Shown here piece by piece: positions 26,509 through 41,990 of a stretch of 64,000 nucleotides of DNA; the first letter of the stretch is position 1, and each line of letters starts with the position of its first letter. This stretch comes from the human T2T-CHM13v2.0 reference genome, Homo sapiens. Location: the NCBI RefSeq assembly GCF_009914755.1, contig NC_060928.1, one strand, 5' to 3'. The translations under genes and the position numbers were made by a program. A model generated the notes under the pieces. The model was not told the origin of the DNA. It did not search any database and saw only the letters and a program-made list of their open reading frames with translations.

Positions 26509-29135
26509 GTGAGTATGCAATGCTAATGTGAGGTAGAGATTATTGTCATAAGCATTATTACTTAACATGTTTTTCCTCTTATATGCTACACATTACGATA
26601 TACGCTTTAAAATATTATATTGGTTTGATTCTCACAACAAGCCTGTGAGTTTGGTATTGCTAGCAATAGTTAACATATTTGGAAAAGTCGGAAGAGAGAG
26701 ATATAATAACTCGTACCCATGGAATTAATCAACCATTGATATATACAAGGAGACTGGTTATTTTAAACAAAGGGAAAGTGTGACTAAATAAAACTTTAAA
26801 TGAAAAGGAGTGCAAAAATGCTATCGGGATCGGAGATACATTTTAAAAAATTTGCTATGTATTACAATTAAAAAATATATTAATGAAGTATTTTGAATAG
26901 AGTTTCCTAAGTCTAATAAATTTTTCCAGGGCATGAGTGACTAAAATACAAACAGGCTCCTCAACATATTCTCCTTCACTGTTTCATCAATGCCATACGT
27001 ACTTATTAATGGTTAAGAAAAATACACCCTGCTATGGTTTATTGCCAAATAGCAAAGATGTAAATTACATCTCCGACACTGACATGCCACTACATTATTA
27101 ACAGGGCCACGGAGGCCATTGAAAGTACACTGTATGCACATTTACAGTAGAGGACATATTAAATGGTAAGCTTTAGTATTTTAGTATATTTAATTTGGCA
27201 CACTTGTTGCTGTTCTTTGTGAATGTTAATCTTTCAACCAATACAGCAGCATGTCAGTATCTTCATTTGCAGGGTATAATAGGCTTATATCCTGAAACAA
27301 TAAACTTATAATAGCTTGTCTGTTGCTTGGTGGAGATGTGCGTATTCAGCACGAAGGTGTTGCATGCCCTATTTTTGCTCAAGGTTCTTTACACATGCCC
27401 TTCCTTTCCTGTCAGGAACACAAGCCACATTTATAAGTTTTTGCTATAATACCAACTACATAGTTTGGAAATTTTCCATTGTAGTGCAATTCACTTTCTT
27501 TTTCCATTATTGATATAATTATAACTAGGTACATCTATATTTGAAATGTGAAGTGAGCATTAGACTGGTTTTTAATATTACATTGAGACTGATTTCTTTT
27601 TTTAGAGACAGAAGTAAGATTTGGAAAAGGTGCACGCTTGTAGTATAAAACAGAAATGTACATAAAAGATCTTAATACAGATTACTTCTTTCTACCAATG
27701 GTAATATTCAACTTGGTATTCATCAGTGGGAAGGTTTGAATCCATTCTATTTAACTACTTTCTTTTCTGACTAATTTCATCTCTGCAATACAGTAGATAT
27801 ATTATTAAGAACCAAAAATTGAAACAAAACATTTATAGGTCACTTAATAAAAGATTTCTCTTCCAAATATTCTAAAATGGTATTAACACATATTCTATTT
27901 AGAACCCTTACTTCCTGTGATCTGTTATATTAAAACAATTGAGGTATAAATTTCTAGATAAAAGGGCATTACTCTAAAATCCCTTTCAAAAGATTGCAGC
28001 CTCAGTTGTACACTCGCATCGAATGACCCCAGTGATTGTGCTGCTTCATTGCATTTTACTTCTGACATTTCTGTCCTATGCACAAGATTGAAAAAGATCA
28101 AATTTGATTTGTGGCAGTCACTACTTGTTATCTTCAAATAAGTATTTGCAGATTAAACAAAGCATGATTCTAGAAGTAAGCATTACTGAGCCTATTTTAG
28201 AAAGACTTTTGTAAAATTAACCCATTTTTTTTTACCATCAGACCTATGTGGTAGGACATAGAATGCCTGTCGCACATATTTCCAAATGAAGTGTGACTTT
28301 AGAATGTGCTCCTCATTATGCAGGTCCAACTCAGCATTTTAAAGCTTTTCAAATCAAGTGCATTGGCACCATACACTTAACTGAATTTTTCGAAGATTTT
28401 ATGGTTATTATCTAAAATACTGTACTAGCCAATCTATTATTTTCTCAGATTGTGTTTCAGTTTTAGTGATTAAGTTTCTGTTTTGCAAATTGATACAATA
28501 TTGAGGATTACATATATTTTAAACACACATACAGATAACACACACACACATTACCCCTATACTATTAAATCTAGAACTTACTGACCAGTGTAAGTTTTTC
28601 CTCTACCTTTGGGAACCTTGAGCATAATAGCTTTGTTCATTAGATTATACTATTAACTACAGATAATTAAATGTTACTTTAGAAACTGCTGTAATAAAGT
28701 GATTTAGGCTTACCAATTTAAATCATACAAGCCTTATTAAAATAGTAGTAAAATTCCATTTATCTCTTAAACAACTTTAAGGACTTTTTGGAAAAACAAT
28801 AATGTATTTAGTATACTCCCCTTTAAAGGGGTTTCTGATTTTTTTTTTCTCAGCAGTCTAAAGGCAGCACAGAGCATTCCGTATATTAATTTCAAAACAG
28901 ATTATGTTTCATATTAAATAGAAGATGACATATTTCAACTATTTTGTAGTGGAGAATAAAGCATGGAAATTTATCAGCCTGGCTATTCTATTGTGACTTT
29001 TTTTCTAAGTTGAAATGCTTCCAATGACATTCCCCAAAGAACGATTTTTACATGAATGATCCCATATATATGTGTGCATGAATATGTGTGTACATATATA
29101 TGTAATTTATTTGGTAATTTTTTTTGGATTTTTAA

Positions 29136-29270
29136 AATTTTTTTTACTTTTGTAGAAATGAGGTCTTGCTATGTTGTCCAGACTGATCTCAAACTCCTGC
29201 TCTCAAGCAATCCTCCTACCTTGGCCTCCTGAAGTGCTAGGATTACAGGTGTGAGCCATTGCACCCAGCC
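29136..29270 (-). mobile_element. FLAM_C / AluJ left monomer
   Basis: tttgtagaaatgaggtcttgctatgttgtccagactgatctcaaactcctg...gagccattgcacccagcc. Confidence 0.9.
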
Positions 29271-29399
29271 AACTTTTGGTGCTTTTGAACACTACTCAGC
29301 TTTCCAAGAGGGATTCATGATGGGCATGACACCTCCAAAAAATAGAGTGACTTAGGGCAAAGATGGTAGACAATGTTTGCTTGTGTTAAGGAGTTTTGC

Positions 29400-29700
29400 C
29401 TCTCAAAAGTGCAAGGTTTTTTATAAAACATAGGAATAATTTTACTTTATAGGATTGATGCGTTAAATTTAAAATCTATGAAATGCCATTCACTATTCAT
29501 GTCACATGGTAAATGCTCAATGAATGGTAGCTTTCATTAATATTACTAATAAGAAAGTAGTTGTTAAATATACAGATTCTATAGCCAAATTATTTCTCTA
29601 CTATTTCTTAGCTATTTATCCTTTTCAAGTCAATTAACTTCTCAGAGCTGCAGGTTCCTCTTCTATAAAATAGAGATAAAACTTGCCTCTCAGTAATTAA
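29400..29700 (+). mobile_element. Two MIR fragments
   Basis: catggtaaatgctcaatgaatggtagct (MIR 3' end) and caagtcaattaacttctcagagctgcaggttcctcttctataaaatag (MIR core). Confidence 0.65.
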
Positions 29701-30210
29701 TATATACAGCATAAAGTGCACAACAAAACTATGAAAAGTGTTGCTCCTATTTTCTTGTCCCATAGAGGATGTGTCTTTAGTTATTGAAGGTTAACCAAGG
29801 AATTAGTAGTGTTTTGTGCAGAACCGGGTTGGAGGGGAGTCTGGAAAGACAACTAAGAAACAGGTAAACATTATAAAAGTTACCAGAAATATTACAAATG
29901 TTATTACTTCATGCCACTAATAATGCAGTTTAGAACTGAAGGAGCTGCACAACTTAGCCAAAATGTAACAAGAGGAGTTGAGGGAACATGGAAAGAACTG
30001 GATTATGAGAGTGCTTGGTCAAGATGGGTGGAGATTATGCCAGAAGTCAAGAAAGTTACTGGTATGGAAGCACCCACCTGTTACACAGGAGTTCCATCCT
30101 ACCATGCATCCGGGATGGCTCTTAAAGCTGAGAGAGAGCCAACTATGAATGAAGGAGCAATGCTATTGTATGGCAGGGGGTTGAATAAGGGATAGATACA
30201 GACTGTGGGC

Positions 30211-30562
30211 TGCAATGGATGCTACAGGACGTTGCCCAAACCCCCTTTAAGACCGAAGCACTCGTTCTCCAACTGCTGGGAGTGTTGCTGGCTGATCACT
30301 GTAAGTGAGGTCTACCACCTTGGAATTGAAATCACCCACTGAAGAACAGAGTGGCTTCATCAAGTGTATGGAAAGCAGCCTCTACTCAATGTCTGTTTGA
30401 TGTGGATGGTATAAAGATTTCTGCTCTTGTCTTCAAGGTGGGTCAGCTCTGAATGGACACTGGAGTCCGGCACTCCCTGTGGAGTCAGCTGAGGTCCTGG
30501 TTGTGACCGCATTGCAGTTTAACACCTCTTCTGCCAATCCTACTTTATTCTACTCCCTAACA
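30211..30562 (+). mobile_element. LTR16-family ERVL LTR (LTR16C-like)
   Basis: tgcaatggatgct...gcccaaacccccttt...gcactcgttctccaactgctgggagtgttg...cagctgaggtcct...gtgaccgcattgcagtttaac. Confidence 0.75.
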
Positions 30563-30574
30563 GACTTTTTAGTT

Positions 30575-30800
30575 TTCCTTTTTGTAAAGATACATAACAT
30601 AAAGTTTACCTTGTAACAATTTTTACATGTACAGTTCAGTGGCATTAAGTACACTTTTACTATTATTTTTCAACCATCACCACAATCCATCTCCAGGTCT
30701 TTTTCATTATCCCAAATTGAAATTTGTAACCTTTAAACAATACCTACCTATTCTCCCTACCCTCAGCTCTGGCAACCACCATTTTACTTTGTGTCTTTGT
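30575..30800 (-). mobile_element. L1MB 3' end
   Basis: tacataacataaagtttacc...tgtacagttcagtggcattaagtaca...caaccatcaccac...ctggcaaccaccattttacttt. Confidence 0.85.
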
Positions 30801-31415
30801 AACCCCAAGCCAATTTCCATCTTTTAATATTCATATTTAATATTTAATGATCAACTAAAATAAATTGAAATCAAATTATTGTATCAAATGTTTTTCAAAA
30901 TAAAAAATTTTACCTGGGAATACAAAAATATATAAATATATTTTTATGAAGAACCCACAGTTTAGTTAAGAGGTCATAGTATGACAAACATCCAAGAATC
31001 TCATTTTTTTTCTCCTGTTTTTTTGTTAAATCTCCTGTTTTTTTCTTAAACTTTTCTATTGATGCTCACTTGATGTGTCATAATTTTAGCCAGATAATAT
31101 TTTTGCATCTTTCTTTTACTGTCTCTTCATTATTTTGTTGGTAACACTCTTATAATTCATTTTTTAAAATACTTTGATTCTTGCATTCATTTACAGTTAC
31201 AATTAGTTTGCACTCTCATTGATCTGTTTCTTGGCTCCTGTTACAGATTCCCTGGAACTAGTCCGCTACTTTTATCTGACTTATTTCCTGCTTTTCATGA
31301 CCAGGTATCAAGCACACTCTCTTCCAGTTGTACAGTTGGAAAGACTGAACTCAAAGTCTGAACCTCCATGTTCAGAAATACTAACTAACTGTGCAAACTT
31401 GAATCAGCTTTTTCC

Positions 31416-31687
31416 TTCCAACTTTTATTTTAGGTTCAAGGGGTACGTGTGCCAGTTTGTTACACGGATAAATTGCAAGTCACAGGGGTTTGGTGTACAG
31501 ATAATTTTGTTACCCACAATATCAGCATAATACCTGATGGGTAGTTTTTTAGTCCTCACCCTCCTCCCACCCTCCATCCTCATATAGGTCCCAGTGTCTG
31601 TTGTTCCCTTCTTTGTGTCCATGTATACTCAGTGTTTAGCTCCCACTTATAAGTGAGAAATGTGGTATTTGGTTTTCTGTTCCTGTG
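31416..31687 (-). mobile_element. L1PA15/16-like 3' end
   Basis: aacttttattttaggttcaaggggtac...ggggtttggtgtacagat...gctcccacttataagtgagaa. Confidence 0.9.
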
Positions 31688-33229
31688 GAACCAATTCTTT
31701 AATGTATTTTAGCTTCATTTTCTACATATGTTAACTGGAAATCATCATCACTTCTCACTCAATACTATAGGTGACATAACACAGCCTACTTTTTATTTTA
31801 AAAAATTATTTTTAAGTTCCAGGGTACATGGGCAGGATGTGCAGATTAGAAAATTTTTTAAAAAATATTTTGTGTAAACAATTTAAGAAGAGTATAGAAG
31901 CCAGGATGTTTGCTGATATACATGACAGTTGATATTGGAATCTTTTGAATGTTCATATATGTGCCTACCCATTGAACAGCCTGGTTGCAAGAAGTTTAAG
32001 GCACTAGAGGAAATACACAGAGAAATTAGACACTGCAATTGTTAATAAAGCTCTGTGGTACCATGCCTAGTGGCTTCACAGCAAATAAGTAGGAATTAGT
32101 AGTCTTTTCTGGGTTCAGAGGCCGATTTAAAATTTTAGATTTTAATGTACTATGAGCTTTACACCTTCTAAGGTCTTTTGCAGTGCAATTTTGCCAATAT
32201 TAATTATTCTGAACTTATCCTTGTAATTTGTATTTTTACATCTGCTATATCCTTTTGATTTATTGCTTTGATCTTATTTTAGGTTCAGCAATAAATTTTG
32301 GTTGAGGTCCTGATCACTCCAGTTAATTTAGTGAACTACAAGATATAAAATTATTTTAAGTAAAATCTCCTCACATTTTCACCGTGGTAGGGGTCAGGGA
32401 GAGTTCTTACATGAAATATTTAAGAAACATCTGACTATAACCCAACCAGCATGTGGAGAAATTACATTATTTCTTAGACTATTTTAACATCAAAGCTCTG
32501 AAGTGAAGGATAGTCATTAAAAGCCGAATTACTGAAAGCATATCTGGTTAGTGCACTTAAACACATTTCGGCAGACTAAAATAATTTAAAATCTGAAGTG
32601 AAGTGTGATCCAGAATCACATATGTCAATTACTATGTTGTCTGTGGTATTAAAAATGCATGCAGCTGGAAGCTTCAATTATATGAGATTTCTGACTTAGA
32701 GATGCTTTGACTTTTACTTTTTGAAAAAGTCACCTTTTCAGAAATCCAAGGGAAAACATTTGTAAAATGCATAGTGCCTTTTCCAATTACCTCTTATTGA
32801 AAAACAGAACAACACTAGAGAGTTATAAAAGTGAACTGAAAATATGATTTTGTATGAAATTTGATTAGTGTTTGTTGAAACCTTATCTAGGAAAAGTAAA
32901 TCTTTGTGCCAGACTTTTCTTCCTCAAGTCCCGATCTCATTAAAACAAATGTGATCCAGTATTTTTTGTATTCTCTCATTATAATAAATTTAGAGTTTAA
33001 AATTATATTTTTCAAGTAAATTTTGGACTTATATCTCACAAATAGGTAATATTTATTTTCTTCCCATTAAAACAAAGGCACGCAAAATTAAAATATGATA
33101 TATATCATATATAAATATAAATATTACAGGCTTTTTATTGTGCATTTCCTGTATGTCACCAGATCCTTTTTTTAAAATTATCTTATATAAAGCTACATGA
33201 GTTGCTTCTAAATATGTGACTAATAGTTA

Positions 33230-33979
<750 letters not shown>

Positions 33980-35899
33980 TGGACCTTGAGAAATCATGAA
34001 ACCATCCCTTAAAACAAACAACAAAAAATCCCAGTAACATATATTTTTATTTTTTAGGGAACAGATGATGTTTTTAAAAACCATGTTGTCTTCAGATTTC
34101 AAGTCAGTTTAGGTCTCAGATACAGATAAGGAACATGACATTTCTGAAGCACATATTTTTTCCTTAAAAAAATCTGTGTTATTTGCAAAAGATCTAGTCC
34201 CTCTGATTTCTATTTGCTGGAATGTCCTTCCTTTTTTCCGTCTCCAAATTCCCAGGCACAATGCAGCCCTTCACACTTCCTGGGGAAGCAAGCTGCACAG
34301 TGACCCAAACCACACTCATGTATGTTGGAGTGGTTCACTGATTTGATGGTTTTCTCTCGTATAAATGATATTTTTCATCTCCAAAAATGAGCCTGGGCTG
34401 ACTTTTGTTCAGAATCAAAGAGAGTGTTGGAATAAATCTCCTCTTCAAGTAGCAGGAGAAAATCAAATGTATCTCTCATTAAATAAAAAGTCAGTGTGAG
34501 TTTTGGAACTCTTCCTATTAGCTACAAAACATGTCTTATAGGATCCAGAATGAGGATGTGAAAGAAAAAAATGACCTAATTTTCTAAAGGGATTTTCACA
34601 TAATAGTTGTTCGGTAGAGTGCCATTGAAAAGGTCTATCAAGTAGAGAAGATATTGATATTCTTTAAGTGATGAGGAAAAGTGACATTCTTTTCACAGCT
34701 ATAAATTCAGTCTTTGGCCAACATTCTTTTTATTCATTTCAGGTCTTGTTTTTTTTTTTTTCTTATAAAAATGTGAGAACATGGCATCGTTTTCAATTGG
34801 ATATTTTACCTTATGTGGCATGAATTATCACTTTCCTCACTGAACGGCATGCACATTGCTATTTCTTGGATTGCACATATATTTGTGGTTTTTATTTAAG
34901 GTCAGGAATTCAAGGCCCCAAGCATGGGATGAGATTCCCCTTAGGCAGCATTGTGACACCAACATCTCCCATTCTGCACACTGCCACTGCCTTCTCCCCA
35001 AAAATATACTTCATTTTTCCTGAAATAGTTAAGTAAAATGGCTATTCTCCAGATAATTTTAAACCAATCTAAAAGCAAACAATTTAGTCGTTTTCCATCT
35101 TTTCCCCACCTGTGCTATAGAAGTTACCAGTATTTGAAACTGTGGCCTTAAGCCTCAGCAGTTTTGGTGCTCCCTTTTCAGTGGAATAATTATACCAAGG
35201 AACAAGCTGACCAGGTTTTGAATGGAAATGTGCCTGCTACTGTAAAAGCAGGCCAGGGGATTCTGGTCACTCTGCATGCTTTCACCCAAGACCATTTTTA
35301 TCATGTTGATTCTAATCATGGGTGTAGTCACGTAAAGTCCAATGTTCGAGTTTTGCAGTACCCCCAAGAAGACTGAAGACTGGTATCATGAAATCCTTCT
35401 AATGTTAAAAATAATTTTAATGAATTGTGGCATTTACCTTAATGTTTTGGGGTTTTTATTTTAGAAGATTTTGACAGGGGAGTAATTCCTATGTTTTTAA
35501 TTACACTACTTCATAGCCAAACAGTATCTTGGAACTTGCCTTTTTCTATACCTATTTAGCTGACGCTAAATCAATTGAGGAATGTCCCAAGAATATTTAG
35601 CATGTTATTGGTCCAGCTAGAGTTGTCTTCAGTTCTATTCTAACATTGTTTTCTGCTGTACTAGGTTGTACATTTTACAAACAAAAATGGGTTTCCAAAG
35701 ATATTATATTAGGAGATTCCCTAAAATGTCAATAATAAAGAAAACCATGACTTTATTACTCTCTTCACAAATCTTAATTCCTATATAGAGCAATTAAAAT
35801 CATGCTGTTATCTGATCAACGGACAACAGCTGAAGCAGAGAATGCCTGGGCCTCCATACTCCCTGTTAGAACAAGGTGCTCTGTGGTGTCATGCTGACA

Positions 35900-36045
35900 G
35901 GGCCTGGGAACAGAAGACCTGTCTATCTGTAAACTACATAGTGGTTGTTGGATCTGAAGCCAAGCACTTAACCTCTATTTGAGAAAAGATTACTCACATA
36001 TGTAAAATGAAGGAAATATCTTACCTGCTTCACAGAATGGTAGTT
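35900..36045 (+). mobile_element. MIR fragment
   Basis: cagaagacctg...caagcacttaacctct...ctcacatatgtaaaatgaagg...tacctgcttcacag. Confidence 0.65.
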
Positions 36046-37534
36046 TGATAATACTTATAAAATATTGTATAAAGGTATAGTTTTGAAATTTAAAAAATCA
36101 TGTAATGTCAAATTATCGAGGATAATTATCAGCACGATCTGCTCAGCAGAAATATGGCACTTGCCTGTTACCCCACCTTGTACTATATATAAGACCCTAG
36201 ATTTCTGTTCCCTGATTGAAATATCTAAAGCAAGCAGATATACAATCCTTGGGAGAGCCATTTTTTTTTCAATATCCAGGTTTAGGCAAGTGATATAGCA
36301 CTGTGCAAGCATTTTAGAGCCAAAGTCAACGAACTAAATCATTAAGAGACTCTCTAAAAACAAATTTACCTATGTTTTGTAACCAACTTTTTATGTTACG
36401 GTGACAGATAACTCATGGAACTTGAGCTTCTACCTAAACATTTTCAGTTCCACCTTGTCACATCATAGAAGTGTGTTTTTTAAACCTCTGGTGTGATTTT
36501 TATCATTTACTGATTTCAATACAGTGGTATCTCCTTAGAACAGATTAAACCTTCATGCATTTTAACGTATTCTCCTGAAAGTATTAGACCTTTATCACTA
36601 CGTCTAGAAAGAAATGTGTATTTGGAGGAATATTTCTTCTTTTTAATAAATATGCCCCTATTCATGTTGCAGTGCCATTCCTCTAAATTTATATAGCATA
36701 TTTTTGTATCCTGTCATCATGGCATTTGTTTTGTGATTGGCCTGTATTTTCCCAGGTAGTAATTACTTTACATACTAATTTGCTACACACACACACACAC
36801 ACATTCACACATACACATAATTTGCTTGCTTATATATTTATTCTGTATAAATATCCTGATACAGGCTACTTTTTCCTAACAAGTATTTTTACCACCCATT
36901 TGTTAAAATCATGCAGGCATTCATTTGATTCATGCAGCTGGTGATAAACCAGCTCTATTTGCAGGCCTCACGCATGCATTTGGCTATGTCAAGTGACATG
37001 ATTCAGTTATAAGTGCATTCAAGCATACATTTACCTCTGAATCCTTGAGTGTTCTTGAAGCAAGCCACAGAGCTAGCTGTACTGCACTGCTTCATAGATG
37101 AAACTCTAAATCAATAGTTTTCAGAGGTATGAATATATATAATTATTGTGTGATATTATTTCATGTTTCAAAGGCTATAAAAAGTAGATTTCTCAGATCA
37201 GAAGATGTGACACATTTACACATGAAGGATACTTTCTAATACTCTTATCCTCTCTGAAAATCTATGTAAATTGTAACTGCTAACAAGAACACTGATATTC
37301 ACATATAGTCTTACATGAGAATTTCATGTTTATATACAGAAGCAATAGATTCAATACGTACTCAATGCATTCTATATATTAAGGTTTGAGATACATACAA
37401 GCTAAAAGAAGACAAAGACTGTAGCATTAAAACAAAGAGCTTTCCAAGTTAATAAATAATTTTAGTTATAAAGGTAATTACAACTTACTGTTATTTGGAA
37501 ATAGAGACTAGTAGCTACCACTTCTTTTTCTTTT

Positions 37535-37690
37535 CACTTTTTTCTTTCTTTTTTCTTTTTTGGGTACATAGTAGTTGTACATATTTATGGGATTCATGTG
37601 ATATTTTCACACAAGCAAACAATGTGTCATACTCAAATCAGGGTAATTGGGATATTCATGACCTCAAGTATTTATCATTTATTTTTTCTT
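37535..37690 (-). mobile_element. L1MA 3' end
   Basis: gggtacatagtagttgtacatatttatggg...caaatcagggtaattgggatattc...cctcaagtatttatc. Confidence 0.85.
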
Positions 37691-37699
37691 TTATTTTTA

Positions 37700-37880
37700 T
37701 CATACCACTTATCACTACTTGACATTTTCTTATTTATCCATTTTCTTATTGTCTATATCCTTCTAGAATGTAAGTAAGTGTCATGAGGGTATGGACATTT
37801 TTTGCCCTGTTCAATGCTCTATCTAAGATGTTCAGAAAAATTCCTAGCACGTAGTGCTAAGTAAATATTAAATTATGAAG
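37700..37880 (+). mobile_element. L2 3' end
   Basis: cacttatcactacttgacat...ctagaatgtaag...catgaggg...ctgttcaatgctctatc...cctagcacgtagtgct. Confidence 0.7.
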
Positions 37881-38469
37881 AAAATATAACAGGGTTCACA
37901 ATTTTAGTTTCTGGAATTTTCCAAAATTATATGTCATTATTATTATTATGCTTTTTTTAAAGCTACAATAATTATATCTTTTACTTGGTTTTTATTATTT
38001 TTAAACTTTACATATATATGTGCATATTTATGTAGCATTATGTTCACATTCTTATATTTTGAAGGAACAATAGCAAACTTAAAGATGCCTCAAAGATATA
38101 TAATATATAATACATACTATTCCCCAAAGAGGTAAGAATAGAGATGGAGTAGGCAATACCAATACTAAGGAAGTCAGCAGAGAGTAGAGCATTTTTATTT
38201 CTGGGAAAGGGAACCACAGAAGAAATACTGCCTAGTCACTTAGTCAGTTGTTTTCCTGCATAAATCTGTCAGAAGAAAGAATCAAAGATAATGTGTGAAA
38301 AAGTCCCACATATATTACAGAAACATTTGAAAAGTTACTACTATAAGAAGTAGTGAGTAGGGTGAATTATGAGCTTATTTCAAGACTCTAATCTGGTAAT
38401 GCTCTCTCCCTGAAACATAATTTTAAGGCTTTGATGGTTTTACTCCTACAATTTAAAAAAAGAGAAGAG

Positions 38470-40820
38470 TGTATCCAAAATATACAAAGAACTCTTAAAA
38501 TTCAACAGTAAGAAAACAAACTAATTTAAAGTGGTCAAAAGATCTGCTTTACCAAGAAAGATATACGAATGGAAATAAGCATATGAAAAGATGCTCAACA
38601 TTTATCCTTAGGAATTTGCAAATTATAATAACAATAAGATGCCACTATACACCTAAGAGAATGGCTAAAACAAAAACAAATAAACCAAAAAACCCTGACA
38701 ATACCAAAATCTGGCTATGGTGCAGAGCAACAAGAACTCTCATTCATTACTGGTAGGAATGTAAAATGGTATAGTCACTTTGGAAGAGTTTGGCAGTTTC
38801 TTACAAAGCTAGAAATATAGTCTTTTCATATGATTTAACAATTGCATGCCTACATATCTTTTGTGCATTTACACAGTGATGAAATATTCCATGTTAAAAA
38901 GAAATGTGTAATCAGGTCACCAAAGGATAAGAATAAATCTTAAATGCACATTGGTAAATGAAAGAAGCCAGTCTGGAAAATGTCACATACTGTATAATCC
39001 AACTATATGGTATTCTAGAAAACGCAAACTACAGAAACCATAAAAAGACCAGTTGCTTGCCAAGAGACCAAGGGGAGGGGGTAGGTAAAAAGTAGAGCAT
39101 AGGGGGTCTTTAGGGTAGTGAATCTATACTCAATGATGCTTTAATAGTAGATACATGGCATTTTGCCTGTGTCAAAACCCTCAGACCTTTATAGCACAAA
39201 GAGTGAACATTAATAAAGAAAACAACCATTTGGGAAGTCAAGGAATCCCAGGAAAGATACAGGTTGAGACATGAGAATCTAAGCGTATTGCAATTGTATG
39301 AAACAGCCTCGATGAAGAGGTTCAGTTTGGGGAGATACTGATGTAAGTAACTTTGAAAAAAATGAAATCCAAAAAGGCAAAAGGAAATTCACATAAACCT
39401 GTACCATAGTTAACAAAATTACTTTTCATGGGAGTAGAGCTTCATTCTGAAACTGCTTTTTGGGGATATAGAATTGATCAATTAAGTAAATGGATGACAC
39501 ATGGTGGGAGGCGGGATTCCCATGGCTGAAGTGTGAATTTACAGATAAGCAAGGAAAGGAGGGTAAAATAATCCACGTGGTAATGAAATTAATTTGAAGC
39601 CATAAGTACACATGTTTAACCTAATACAGATGATTTCATAGAGAAATACTTTAGATAAACGTATATACACAGGTTAGTATACACGTATGGATTTCTCTGT
39701 CCATTTAAATGAGAGGATCTGTAAGAAATGACACACCAGTAGCAATGAGCATGCCTAGTGCTCAGATCTTAGTTTCTCCTAACATTCTTTAATAAAAAAT
39801 GACCCATTGGACCTACGAGAAATGGCTGATTATAGGGCTGTGATAGTAAATATACAAAATGTGTCTGTAGTACTTTGTAATTTCAGAAAATTCTAAACAC
39901 ACGCACACACACAACTTTGATTGGGAGTATGTCAAAGGAGCACAAGAGCAAACTAAAGAGCTCCCAATGTCCAAAGTGCAATGCTAGAGGAATTTGAGCA
40001 ACAAAATAAATAAAATAGTATTAGATTATGTCAACATATAAAATGGATATTCCTGACTCTATATATTTACAGTAAAGTATTGAACAAATTAACAGAGAGA
40101 ACTTAAAATCTCCCATGCAGAATAATATTTTTAAATAACTTATGTAGGTACTCCATCCTCAAGGAGGGAAAGCACATCTCCTCACTTGTTAAATGTGTGC
40201 TGCACAAAGTAACTTCCTTCCAGAGCCCAGCACAGAAACAGGATAGAAAAGGGGTAATTTTACAGTGCAGAAAAATGACAAACACCTTCTCAGCCAGGTG
40301 ATAAAGGTCAACATTAACAGTGATAAATCACGTTGTTAGTTTGCACTCTTCACATAATGCGATGAATATGGCACTTTATTTCTCTGACCTTTCCCCCCAG
40401 ACCCATAACCCCAATCCAATCATGAAAAAAACAAATTCCAATAGAGGAACATCCTACAAAATTCTTGACCATTACTCCTCAAAGCTGTCAAGGTCATCAA
40501 AATAAAGTCTGAAAAACTGTCATAGCTAACAGAAGCCTAAGGACAGATGGCAATTAAATTTAATGTGGTGTCCTGGATGGGCTCTCTTAACAGAAAAAAG
40601 GACATTAGGGGGAAAACTAATGACATGTGAATAAAGTCTAGACCAGAGTTAATAATAATGCATCAATATTGGCTGACTAATTGTGACAAATATCTCGTAC
40701 TAATGTAAAATGTTACTATTAGGAGAAACTGGGTACGGGGTAAATGGGAACTCTCTGTACTACTTCTCAATTTTTCTGTCAACATAAACCTGTTCTAACA
40801 AATCAAGTGTATTTGTAAAT
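38470..40820 (+). mobile_element. L1MD/L1MC3-like ORF2 end plus long 3'UTR
   Basis: tatccaaaatatacaaagaactctta...gcatatgaaaagatgctcaaca...cagtagcaatgagcatgcctagtgctcagatctt...atgggaactctctgtact. Confidence 0.88.
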
Positions 40821-41429
40821 GGTAGGCAGAAGATAAACATCACTCTGAGGTAACTAGAATGCTATTTTTGAAGCTGAATAACTTGTTTTCTAAAATACTG
40901 AGTAACATTAATCAAAAGATTATGATGCACAATTGTTTACCCTGTGAGCTGCATGTGACTCTATTCCTGAGCTGATCACCAACTCAACAATTTTTCTTAT
41001 GTTCAAACTTGCAGAACCTAATAATGTACATGTTTTATTCTAGATTCAAGCATTAAGCACTGTGCAGTTTTGAGAGAAGAAGTTATAAAGCAAAACTGAC
41101 TTGAGTAACCACCAGCCCAACATTCGGGACTTTGTGGGGATTGCTATGGCTCTGCCGGACTTACAAGCAATAGTGATGCAGAACCTGTCATTAGCATGTG
41201 TAATGCTTGTCAAAAAATAATCTCCCAAGAAATGTTTTAATTTTCACTGGTCAGTGCACTACCAATACTAGTTTTGGCATGGCGGATAATAAATAACAAA
41301 CCTTTGTTTCGAATACATGTTTGTCCAGTTTCTACTTTTTGCTAAATCCTGTGACCATGTGCTCCCACTTGATAGCATGTTATATGGTACTAGTAAATTT
41401 TACTTGCTGTTTAATAAAGGAGGATTAAA

Positions 41430-41990
41430 TGAATGCTGTGCTACAGTGGGTATACTGACAGGGAAGGCATGATAGAAAACTGTCTAAATACAACTGAGGG
41501 AAGAAGAAAGTGTTGAAGGGAAGGTGAAAATGTGCACTGAGGTTTGATGGGTGAGTAGGACTTCAGAGAGTGGAGAAGGCCCTATGGCTTTTTAATGGAA
41601 ACAATAGCATGAGATAAATGTCAGGGCTATGGAAACGCATACTGCACCAGGGCAATGGTTGTAAGTCTGAGATGGTTGAAGAACAGGGTTTAGGAAGAGA
41701 TACCGTGAAAAGTAAAGCTTAGAACTGAGACAAACTGTCTCCAGCTCTGGATTCTCAGTTATTCCATTTGAAACCTAGTAATATAAACAACTTGAATCCA
41801 TTACAAAGGTTTTGATCTGACTTGGGCTTTGGAAAGAGATTTCTGACTTTCTGTAGCTCAAAACTCTAAGCAACTTAGTTTTCTTCTCTACTCTTTTTTT
41901 CTAAAATAAGGATAATGATACCCATCTGACTGAAATTTTATGAGCATAATGCAAAATTCAACATGGAATCCATGGTGCTTTACAAAATAA
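41430..41990. mobile_element. Degenerate L2 (minus, ~41430-41720) followed by a MIR (plus, ~41820-41990)
   Basis: A purine-rich antisense L2 segment (ctgaggtttgatgggtgagtaggac), then cttagttttcttctc...taaaataaggataatgatacc. Confidence 0.5.

Noticed and set aside
29911-30195. 94-aa ORF with ordinary composition
   Set aside because: No known domain. It lies in purine-rich, probably repeat-derived sequence beside an LTR.
35155-35376. Overlapping 70-aa ORFs with a plus-strand acceptor (cccttttcag)
   Set aside because: No recognisable homology, no convincing donor and non-ATG starts.
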